A stretch of DNA of 63,840 nt. Source: Alphaproteobacteria bacterium (GTDB taxonomy: Bacteria; Pseudomonadota; Alphaproteobacteria; SMXQ01). The position numbers were made by a program, and so were the translations under genes. The notes beneath the pieces were generated by a model. That model made no database searches, was not told where the DNA came from, and was given only the letters and a program-made list of their open reading frames with translations. Positions 1 to 7,559 of the stretch are shown here, in pieces (the stretch's first letter is position 1; each line of letters opens with the position of its first letter). The stretch covers positions 1-63,840 of the forward strand of contig DATJIG010000142.1 in the NCBI GenBank assembly GCA_035493495.1, written 5' to 3'.

Positions 1-1
1 C

Positions 2-373
2 GTCACCATTATCCTGACGACGCACTACATCGAAGAAGCCGAGATGATGGCCGATCGTGTCGGCGTCATCAGCCACGGCGAGCTGATCCTGGTCGAGGAG
101 AAGGCGGCGCTGATGGAGAAGCTCGGCAAACGCCAGCTCACGCTCCATCTGCAGGACCGCCTCGACACGGTGCCGCCGCAGCTTGCAGAGTACGGGCTCG
201 AGCTGTCCGAGGACGGCATGACGCTGGTCTACACCTTCGATTCCCACAGCCGTCGGACGGGGGTCGCGACGCTCCTGCGCCAGCTTGTCGACCTCGGCAT
301 CGGTTTCAAGGACCTCCAGACCAGCGAGAGTTCGCTCGAGGAGATTTTCATCAGCCTGGTGCACAGCAAATGA
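2..373 (+). CDS. ABC transporter ATP-binding protein, C-terminal part (5' end lies outside the window)
   Basis: The frame is open from base 2. It shows the H-loop region TTHYIEEAE followed by a C-terminal domain typical of ABC-2/drug-exporter ATPases. The stop overlaps the next start (ATGA at 370-373). Confidence 0.85.
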   Translation, partial: VTIILTTHYIEEAEMMADRVGVISHGELILVEEKAALMEKLGKRQLTLHLQDRLDTVPPQLAEYGLELSEDGMTLVYTFDSHSRRTGVATLLRQLVDLGIGFKDLQTSESSLEEIFISLVHSK

Positions 374-1134
374 ACCTCCATGCGATCCGGGCGATCTACC
401 TGTTCGAGATGACGCGGGCGCGGCGCACCATGATGCAGAGCATCGTCTCGCCGGTGATCTCGACGTCGCTGTACTTCGTGGTGTTTGGCGCCGCCATTGG
501 CTCGCGCATGTCGACCGTGATGGAAGGCGTGAGCTACGGCGCGTTCATCGTGCCGGGTTTGATCATGCTGACGGTGCTGACCCAGAGCGTTTCCAATGCC
601 TCGTTCGGGATCTATTTCCCGCGCTTCACCGGCACGATCTACGAGATCCTGTCGGCGCCGATCTCGCCGCTCGAAATCGTCATCGGCTACGTCGGCGCGG
701 CGGCGAGCAAATCGGTGATCCTGGGCGTCATCATCCTCGCCACCGCTGGACTGTTCGTGGACTTCAGCGTCATCCATCCGGTGTGGATGCTCGGGTTTCT
801 GATCCTGACGTCGATCACGTTCAGCCTTTTGGGATTCATCATTGGCATCTGGGCCGACGGCTTCGAGAAGCTGCAGTTGGTGCCGCTGCTGATCATCTCG
901 CCGTTGACGTTTCTCGGCGGCAGTTTCTACACCATCGAGATGCTGCCGCCGGTCTGGCGCGCCGTCGCCCTGTTCAACCCGGCGGTCTATCTGGTCAGCG
1001 GATTCCGCTGGAGTTTCTACGGCGTGGCCGACGTCTCGATCGCCGTCAGTCTCGGCATGACGACGGTGTTCCTCGCCGTGTGCCTCGCCACCGTGTGGTG
1101 GATTTTCCGCACTGGCTACCGGTTGAAAGCCTGA
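370..1134 (+). CDS. ABC-2 type transporter permease (YadH-like)
   Basis: 254 aa with about six hydrophobic helices and an ABC-2 membrane-protein pattern. It is translationally coupled to the upstream ATPase. Confidence 0.85.
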   Translation: MNLHAIRAIYLFEMTRARRTMMQSIVSPVISTSLYFVVFGAAIGSRMSTVMEGVSYGAFIVPGLIMLTVLTQSVSNASFGIYFPRFTGTIYEILSAPISPLEIVIGYVGAAASKSVILGVIILATAGLFVDFSVIHPVWMLGFLILTSITFSLLGFIIGIWADGFEKLQLVPLLIISPLTFLGGSFYTIEMLPPVWRAVALFNPAVYLVSGFRWSFYGVADVSIAVSLGMTTVFLAVCLATVWWIFRTGYRLKA

Positions 1135-1196
1135 GGTCACGGGAACGCCCGACCGGCGACACCGTTGATGGCACAAACCCAGAGAGGGTGTGTGCC

Positions 1197-3473
1197 ATGC
1201 CCGACGTCAACTCCTCGTCGACAAGCGGAACTCGGCTGCAGGTCGCGAGCGCCCGGGCCGACGAATCCGGCCACGGCATCGCCCGGATCGGCGAGGCCGT
1301 GTTCCGCACGCTCGGCATCCGTCCCGGTGAGCCGATCGAGATCGTCGGCAAGCGCCACACCGCCGCGATCGCCTTGCCCGCCTACAACGAGGATGAAGGC
1401 CTGCAACTGATCCGGCTCGACGGGCTGCAGCGCATCAATGCGGGCGTGAGCTCAGGCGACTACGTCGAGGTCCAGCGCGCCGACGTCAAGCCCGCGACGC
1501 GGATCGTGCTGGCGCCGGCGCAGAAGAACCTCCGGCTGCAGGGATCGGGCCAGGCGCTGCGGCGTACCTTCGCCGGCCGCGCGCTGATGGCAGGCGACAT
1601 CGTCTCGACCTCCGTACACCAGCGCTCGCGCAATCCGAGCCAGTTGCCGCCGGAGCTGCGCCAGATGTTCGACCTGCCGGCCTACGGTCTGCAGGAGATC
1701 CGGCTCGCGGTGGTGTCGAGCAATCCGCGCGGCATCGTCGTCGTCACCGACGAGACCGAGATCGAGCTGCGGCCGCAGTACGAGGAACCCAAGGAAGCGC
1801 GGCGCGGCGACGTCACCTACGACGATATCGGCGGCGTCGGCACGACGGTCGAACAGATTCGCGAGATGGTCGAGCTGCCGTTGCGCCATCCCGAGCTATT
1901 CCAGCGCCTCGGCATCGATCCGCCCAAGGGCGTGCTGCTGTACGGACCGCCGGGCACCGGCAAGACGCTGCTCGCCCGCGCCGTGGCGAACGAGGCGGAG
2001 GCGTCGTTTTTCCACATCGCCGGACCCGAGATCATGGGCAGCCACGTCGGCGAATCCGAGCAGCGCCTGCGCGACGTGTTCCAGGAGGCGCGCCAGAACG
2101 CGCCCTCAATCGTCTTCATCGACGAGATCGATTCGATCGCGCCCAAGCGCGAGGCCGTGACCAACGAAGTCGAGCGCCGGATCGTCGCCCAGTTGCTGAC
2201 GCTGATGGACGGGCTCGAGCCGCGCCAGAACGTCGTGGTGATCGCCGCGACGAACCGCGTCGACGCCATCGACGAGGCGTTGCGCCGTCCCGGCCGGTTC
2301 GACCGCGAGATCGTGATTGGCGTGCCGGACCAGGCGGGCCGCCGCGAAATCCTCGGTATCCACTCCCGCGGCATGCCGCTCGGCGAAGGGGTCGACCTCG
2401 ACGAGATCGCGCGCACGACCTACGGCTTCGTTGGTGCCGACCTGTCGGCGCTCGCCCGCGAGGCGGCGATGGACGCGGTGCGCCGCGTCCTGCCGCAGAT
2501 CAATCTGCGCGAGGGCATCCCGCAGAAGGTCATCGACGAGCTCAAGGTCGAGGCCGAAGACTTCCGCAACGCCATGAAGCGCATCCAGCCGTCGGCACTG
2601 CGCGAGATCATGATCCAGGTCCCGGACGTCACCTGGGAGGACGTCGGCGGACTGTCCGACGTCCGGCAGCGCCTCAGCGAGGGCATCGAGCTGCCGCTCA
2701 AGAATCCCGATGCGTTCCGCCGTCTCGGCATCCGTCCGGCCAAGGGGTTTCTGCTGTTCGGCCCGCCCGGCACCGGCAAGACGTTGATGGCGAAGGCGGT
2801 CGCACGCGAGGCGGAGGCCAATTTCGTCGCGACGAAGTCGTCGGACCTGCTGTCGAAGTGGTACGGCGAATCCGAGCAGCAGGTGTCGCGGCTGTTTGCT
2901 CGCGCGCGCCAGGTGGCGCCGACGGTCATCTTCATCGACGAGATTGACTCGCTCGTGCCGGTGCGCGGCGGCGGCCTCGGCGAGCCGGCGGTGACCGAGC
3001 GCGTGGTAAACACGATCCTTGCCGAGATGGACGGCCTCGAGGAATTGCAGGGTGTCGTCGTGATCGGTGCGACAAACCGGCCAAACCTCGTCGATCCGGC
3101 ATTGCTGCGGCCGGGCCGCTTCGACGAGCTGGTGTACGTACCGGTGCCGGACGCCGCGGCGCGGCGCCACATCCTCTCGATCCAGACGCGCGACATGCCG
3201 CTCGCCGGCGACGTCAATCTCGACGCCGTCGCCGAGCGGACCGAGCGCTACACCGGCGCCGACCTGTCGGACGTGGTGCGGCGTGCAGGGCTCTTGGCGC
3301 TCCGCGAATCCCTCACCGCCGAGACCGTGACATCTGCGCACTTCGAGCGCGCACTCAAGGAGACGCGCCCGTCGGTCACGCCCGAGATGGAGCGCGAGTA
3401 CGAGCAGATGCTGCACTCACTCAAGCGTCAGGAGCCGCGTCAGCGCATTGGCTTCGCGATGGGGAGCGAGTAG
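1197..3473 (+). CDS. CDC48/VCP/VAT-like AAA+ ATPase (N-domain plus D1 plus D2)
   Basis: Starts at the internal ATG at 1197 of ORF 285..3473. The N-terminal part looks like a CDC48 N-domain (GIARIGEAVFRTLGIRPGEPIEIVG ... IRLDGLQRINAGVSSGDYVEV). There are two AAA modules, each with Walker A GPPGTGKT and Walker B (IVFIDEIDS, VIFIDEIDS), plus RRPGRFD and LRPGRFD. Confidence 0.9.
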   Translation: MPDVNSSSTSGTRLQVASARADESGHGIARIGEAVFRTLGIRPGEPIEIVGKRHTAAIALPAYNEDEGLQLIRLDGLQRINAGVSSGDYVEVQRADVKPATRIVLAPAQKNLRLQGSGQALRRTFAGRALMAGDIVSTSVHQRSRNPSQLPPELRQMFDLPAYGLQEIRLAVVSSNPRGIVVVTDETEIELRPQYEEPKEARRGDVTYDDIGGVGTTVEQIREMVELPLRHPELFQRLGIDPPKGVLLYGPPGTGKTLLARAVANEAEASFFHIAGPEIMGSHVGESEQRLRDVFQEARQNAPSIVFIDEIDSIAPKREAVTNEVERRIVAQLLTLMDGLEPRQNVVVIAATNRVDAIDEALRRPGRFDREIVIGVPDQAGRREILGIHSRGMPLGEGVDLDEIARTTYGFVGADLSALAREAAMDAVRRVLPQINLREGIPQKVIDELKVEAEDFRNAMKRIQPSALREIMIQVPDVTWEDVGGLSDVRQRLSEGIELPLKNPDAFRRLGIRPAKGFLLFGPPGTGKTLMAKAVAREAEANFVATKSSDLLSKWYGESEQQVSRLFARARQVAPTVIFIDEIDSLVPVRGGGLGEPAVTERVVNTILAEMDGLEELQGVVVIGATNRPNLVDPALLRPGRFDELVYVPVPDAAARRHILSIQTRDMPLAGDVNLDAVAERTERYTGADLSDVVRRAGLLALRESLTAETVTSAHFERALKETRPSVTPEMEREYEQMLHSLKRQEPRQRIGFAMGSE

Positions 3474-3490
3474 GCGGCGGCGAATAGGGC

Positions 3491-4519
3491 CTACTGCTCG
3501 GCGAACGCGCGAGCCTTTTCGACGATGCCGGGCGGCAGCGCCGAGACTTCGGCGACCAGCCGCTGCACTTCCTCTCCCGAGACCGGCTGGACGTCGAGGC
3601 CGATCCGCTTGGCATCCGCGAGGAACTTCGGATCCTTCACCGTCGCGTCGAAGGCGCGGCGCAGGAGCGTGACGCGATCGGAAGGAACGTCGGGCGGCAG
3701 CATGAGCGGCCGTCCGGCGGTCTGCGGTACCAGCACCACCTTGAGGATGCTGCGCACCTCGTCGCTCTGCGGAAGCTCGGTGATCGCCGGCACGTCGGGA
3801 ATCTCCGGATTGCGCTCCTGGCCGATCAGCACGAGGAAGTTGACGAGCTTGTCGCGAACCCACTCGGGCTTTTGCGTCTTGAGGCTGGAGTACGAGCCGC
3901 AGGCGCCGTCGACCTCGTGGCGTTCCAGCGCGAGCTGAACTTCCTTGCCGCCCGGGTAGCCGCTGACCAGCTCCATCTTGGCGTCGAACAGCTTGGTGAG
4001 GAGCAGCGCGTAGGTGTGGGTGCTGGTGCCAGGGCCCGAGGTGCCGACGATGAGCTTTTTCGTCATCAGATCGTCCCACGTCCGCACGCCCGAACCGTGC
4101 CAGGCGATGCAGCTCGAATCCTCGGTGACGACGCTGCCGAGCCAGATGAATTTGTTGGCGTCGAACTTTGCGGCCTCGACGCCGAGCAGCGGCATGGTGA
4201 TGACGGCGCGGCTCGGCGCGCCGATAACCGTGCCGTCCTTCGGGGCGACCGAGTAGACGAGATTGGTGGCGCGTAGGCTGCCGCCGCCCGGCATGTTTTT
4301 CGCCACCATCGCCGGCTGGCCCGGAATGTAATTCGGCATGTGGCGCGCGACCAGGCGCGCGTTGATGTCGTAGCCGCCGCCGGTGGCGGCGCCGATCCAG
4401 ACCTCGATGGTCTTGCCGGCGAAGACGTCCTGGGCCGATGCCGGAGCACCGGCCAGCAGCGAGATGAGCGCCAACGCGGAGAGTCGGGCGACACGAATCG
4501 CCAGAGTGAATCTACGCAA
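3491..4519 (-). CDS. Bug/TctC-like periplasmic solute-binding protein (orphan)
   Basis: TTG start with GGAGG 7 nt upstream and a signal peptide ending ASA-QD. GGGYD ... NMPGGGSL pattern. Clear paralogue of 21139..22176. Confidence 0.6.
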   Translation of the reverse strand: MRRFTLAIRVARLSALALISLLAGAPASAQDVFAGKTIEVWIGAATGGGYDINARLVARHMPNYIPGQPAMVAKNMPGGGSLRATNLVYSVAPKDGTVIGAPSRAVITMPLLGVEAAKFDANKFIWLGSVVTEDSSCIAWHGSGVRTWDDLMTKKLIVGTSGPGTSTHTYALLLTKLFDAKMELVSGYPGGKEVQLALERHEVDGACGSYSSLKTQKPEWVRDKLVNFLVLIGQERNPEIPDVPAITELPQSDEVRSILKVVLVPQTAGRPLMLPPDVPSDRVTLLRRAFDATVKDPKFLADAKRIGLDVQPVSGEEVQRLVAEVSALPPGIVEKARAFAEQ

Positions 4520-4678
4520 GGTGAGCCTCCGTCAGATCGCGCCATCTCGAGCTGACGCGTTGGTATGTGCGCACGCGGCTAACGCGACGGAACTGACGTG
4601 GCTGTAGGCTAGCACCGCGCGCGGCGACGGACAGCGCCGATGAGCGACTGCGCGCGAATCAACCCGTTCGGAGTGAGG

Positions 4679-5947
4679 TTATCGAACGAGCTTGCGGTCG
4701 GGGACTACGGCGGCAGCGGGCTCCCAGCCGAACACGCTGCGGCCGCCATAATCGTGCGAGCGCGCGCGTTCGTCGGCGACCAGCGCGTCGACTGACGGCC
4801 CGGTGGCCACGCGTTCGAGCAGCCGCGCCTGCTCGTCGAGCCGCTTGAGCGCGCCGAGCTCCTCGTCGCGTCCGAGCTTGGCGCGCTGCACCGCCGACTT
4901 GAGAACGCGGATCGTCTCGTCGTAGACCCGCGTCGGCACCGGAAACGGGTGGCGATCCTTGCCGCCATGGGCGATCGAGAAACGCGCCGGGTCGGAGAAG
5001 CGGTAAGGCGCGCCGTGCACCACCTCGGCGACCATGGCGAGTGCCCGCACGGTGCGCGCACCGACGCCCGGTGTCAGCAGCAGCTCGGGGAAATCCTTGG
5101 GCGCTCGGTCGGCGGCCGCGGCGAGGTTGCCGTGCAGCCGGCGCGCGATGATGTCGCTCGGTCGCACGTCGTGGTGCGCCGGCATGATGAGATGCGGCAG
5201 AAGCGGCTGCTCGGGCGCCGGCGGCGTCGGCGCGTGACGCGCCTCGATCGCCGACAGCTCTCGGGCGATGCCATCGGGGCCGAGCGAGCCCAAGAGCTCG
5301 AGCTGGGCGCTGCGCGAGACATCGGCGCGACGGTCGGTGAGATTGACGATCTCGCCCTGGCCGGGCCCATCGATCGCCGCGTGCGGCTCGTCGACGAAGC
5401 TCTTGAGGCCTTCTGACAGCCAGTGGTAGCGCCGGGCCTGTCGGCGCTCGCCGTTCATGCCCTGCTGGACCACGACCCAGTGCCCGTCGTCGGTGACGAT
5501 GAAGCCGTGGAGATAAAGGTCGAATCCGTCCTGCACCGCGGCGCTGTCGACCTTGGCGACGAGTCGGCTCGCACCGGCGAGCGCCGCGCCGTCGATGCCG
5601 GTGCGGTCGCCGATCGCGACCAACTCGTCGGGCGTCTTGCGCGAGTGCTTGCGGCGTCCGCCGCAGACGTGGATGCCGAGCTCGCCCGCGAGCGGCGCGA
5701 GGCCGCGCTTGAGCGCGCCGATCACCGATGTAGTGATGCCGGAGGAATGCCAGTCCATGCCCATGACGGAGCCGAAGGACTGGAACCAGAAGGGATTGGC
5801 GAGCCGCCGCAGCAGCTCGTCGCGGCCGTAGTGATGGACGATGGCCTCGCTTATCACAGCGCCGAGCCGCGTCATGCGGTCGGCCAGCCACGGCGGCACG
5901 CGGCCGCCGTGCAGCGGCAGGTCAGCGCTGCCGGCGCGCCGCGCCAT
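4679..5947 (-). CDS. DUF763-like conserved protein of unknown function
   Basis: 422 aa with coding-like GC3 bias. The conserved block FGSVMGMDWHSSGITTS and overall length match my memory of the DUF763 family. Confidence 0.65.
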   Translation of the reverse strand: MARRAGSADLPLHGGRVPPWLADRMTRLGAVISEAIVHHYGRDELLRRLANPFWFQSFGSVMGMDWHSSGITTSVIGALKRGLAPLAGELGIHVCGGRRKHSRKTPDELVAIGDRTGIDGAALAGASRLVAKVDSAAVQDGFDLYLHGFIVTDDGHWVVVQQGMNGERRQARRYHWLSEGLKSFVDEPHAAIDGPGQGEIVNLTDRRADVSRSAQLELLGSLGPDGIARELSAIEARHAPTPPAPEQPLLPHLIMPAHHDVRPSDIIARRLHGNLAAAADRAPKDFPELLLTPGVGARTVRALAMVAEVVHGAPYRFSDPARFSIAHGGKDRHPFPVPTRVYDETIRVLKSAVQRAKLGRDEELGALKRLDEQARLLERVATGPSVDALVADERARSHDYGGRSVFGWEPAAAVVPDRKLVR

Positions 5948-6053
5948 GGCTACGAATGCTCCACAGTCATCGCCCCATTATCGTCGCCCGGGAGCGGCGG
6001 ATGTAATGAAAAGGTTGAGGCGAAAAGGTCGGGACGGCTTGGCTTTACGGCGA

Positions 6054-6085
6054 ACGTCGCCGGCGGGTTTCCCCGCCGGCGACGT
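6054..6085 (-). terminator. GC-rich hairpin downstream of the Ser/Gly-rich protein gene (no U-tract)
   Basis: Perfect 14-bp inverted repeat ACGTCGCCGGCGGG / CCCGCCGGCGACGT with a 4-nt loop, 24 nt after the stop of 6109..6486. Confidence 0.4.
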
Positions 6086-6108
6086 CGCCACCGCGCCTCG
6101 AGGAGCGA

Positions 6109-6486
6109 CTACCTGCCCATGCCGCCGCTTGGCGAGCCGCCGCTGCTGCCACCGGGGGTGGCGTTCGGGCTGCTACGGCTGGGGCTCGATGTACCGGAGG
6201 AACCGCTGGAGCCCGACGGCACGCAGTTCGCGGCGCTGCTGCCGCTGCTGCCGGTCGCGCTGCTCGAACTGCTGCCGGTGCTCGGCATGTAGCCCGGCGG
6301 GCACTCAGCGCCGGACCCCGACGAGCTGCCGCTTGGGCTGTTCATGCCCGGGCTGCTCGCGCCCGGGCTGGTGGTGCCCCTCGGACCGCTGGTGCCGGAC
6401 TGCTGGGCGAGGGCGGTACCGCTGAGCAGCACCACGGCCGCGGCCGCCGCGAGCAGACCCGTGTAATCATGTTTCGTAAACTGCAT
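6109..6486 (-). CDS. small secreted Ser/Gly/Thr/Pro-rich low-complexity protein
   Basis: ATG with AGGAGA 6 nt upstream. Signal peptide (LLAAAAAVVLLSGTALA-QQ). The mature part is almost entirely S/G/T/P with two Cys. Confidence 0.6.
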   Translation of the reverse strand: MQFTKHDYTGLLAAAAAVVLLSGTALAQQSGTSGPRGTTSPGASSPGMNSPSGSSSGSGAECPPGYMPSTGSSSSSATGSSGSSAANCVPSGSSGSSGTSSPSRSSPNATPGGSSGGSPSGGMGR

Positions 6487-6644
6487 CGGACGTCTCCTGT
6501 TGTGGCGTTTGTCAGGTCGCGCCGGAGATTTTCATTACCGTTCGATAACCGGTGTGTGAGATATCGCGGCGAATTTCCGAGCAACGAGGCTCGGCGGGCC
6601 GCCGAGCGTGACATCGATGCCACGCGACGTGTTGCATGGAACAA

Positions 6645-7100
6645 TCAGGCCGCGGGTCGGCGGCGGACGAAGTAAACGATGCCATAGGTCATCGCGAGCT
6701 CGTCGCCATCGCGGACTTCGATCGCGATCTTGGCGATGCCTCGGTCCGGCTTGCTTTCCGACGGACGCACCGACGTCCAGCGGGCGCGTACTGCGTACGG
6801 ACGATCAGGCCGGACGGGACGAAGCAGCCTGATGTCTTCCCACGCGTTGCCGCCCATCACCTGCACGCCGGCGATCGCGCGCACCGTCAGTCCGCACGAG
6901 AGAGCAAGCGATTGCACCGACGAGGCGACGAGACCGCCGAACACCGAGGCCTCAGCGGCGGCGCGATCGAGATGGAACGGCTGCGGATCGTATTGCTCCG
7001 CGAAGTCCATGATCTCCTGCTCGCTCAGCGTGAAGCTGCCGCACTCGAACGGGGCGTCGAGCGGTAGATCATCGAGATAGCGGGGCGGGCGAGCGGTCAC
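6645..7100 (-). CDS. MaoC-like (R)-hydratase/dehydratase, hot-dog fold
   Basis: 151 aa with a GTG start. The pattern FAEQYDPQPFHLD ... FGGLVASS is typical of MaoC dehydratase domains. Confidence 0.75.
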   Translation of the reverse strand: MTARPPRYLDDLPLDAPFECGSFTLSEQEIMDFAEQYDPQPFHLDRAAAEASVFGGLVASSVQSLALSCGLTVRAIAGVQVMGGNAWEDIRLLRPVRPDRPYAVRARWTSVRPSESKPDRGIAKIAIEVRDGDELAMTYGIVYFVRRRPAA

Positions 7101-7146
7101 GGAACAGAGAGATGCGCCGCGGCGCTGGGCCGCGACGCGGCGTCGC

Positions 7147-7485
7147 TTACAGGATTTTCAGCACCGACTCCGGCGGGCGGCCGAGCGCCGCACGGGCGCC
7201 GTTCACCACGATCGGGCGTTCGATGACGATCGGGTTCTTCACCATGCCCGCGATGATCTGGTCGTCGCTGAGCGACGCCTTGTCGAGCCCGGCCTCCTTC
7301 GCCTCCTTGGAGCGCAGAAGTTCGCGCGGCGACTTGCCGAGCATCTTGAGCAGCCGTTTCAGCTCGGCTGCATCCGGAGGCGTTTTCAGATATTCGACGA
7401 TCTGCGGCTTGACGCCTTTTTTCTCGAGCAGGGCCAGCGTCTCGCGCGACTTGGTGCAGCGCGGATTGTGATAAATGGTGACCAT
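7147..7485 (-). CDS. arsC: arsenate reductase, glutaredoxin-coupled ArsC family
   Basis: 112 aa. IYHNPRCTKSR catalytic-Cys motif. Collinear with R773-type ArsC through to the ...RPSE.VL.IL end. GAGGA RBS. Confidence 0.85.
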   Translation of the reverse strand: MVTIYHNPRCTKSRETLALLEKKGVKPQIVEYLKTPPDAAELKRLLKMLGKSPRELLRSKEAKEAGLDKASLSDDQIIAGMVKNPIVIERPIVVNGARAALGRPPESVLKIL

Positions 7486-7559
7486 CGTTCAGTCCTCGTG
7501 CGTGTGACCGGCGGAGTGTATCGGGAATTACGGCAGCCGCCAGCCGTGTTGAACACGCG

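Noticed and set aside
229-1176. Long antisense or off-frame ORFs throughout the window. Examples: 229..1176, 2106..3416, 4659..5891, 7656..9074, 15031..16353, 19389..20021, 20112..20996, 22735..23850, 35579..36832, 42653..44032, 47659..48903, 52840..54012, 56150..57268, 58144..59376, 60140..61519, 62031..63113 and 62704..63795.
   Set aside because: Each lies opposite to, or out of frame with, a gene that has clear family motifs. Their translations are dominated by Arg, Ala, Gly, Pro and Asp, as expected from stop-poor alternative frames in high-GC DNA. None shows a recognisable domain.
285-1196. The 5' 912 nt of the 1062-aa ORF 285..3473, which would extend the CDC48-like protein upstream.
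   Set aside because: This part overlaps the ABC-2 permease gene in another frame and translates to Arg/Ala/Pro/Gly-rich low complexity. The recognisable CDC48 N-domain begins right after the ATG at 1197. In high-GC DNA, frames often stay open by chance.
6589-6607. The hairpin GCTCGGCG-GGC-CGCCGAGC downstream of the MaoC-like gene, as a terminator.
   Set aside because: It has an 8-bp stem with a tight 3-nt loop and no U-tract. Such GC hairpins are frequent in this composition, so I did not list it as a feature.
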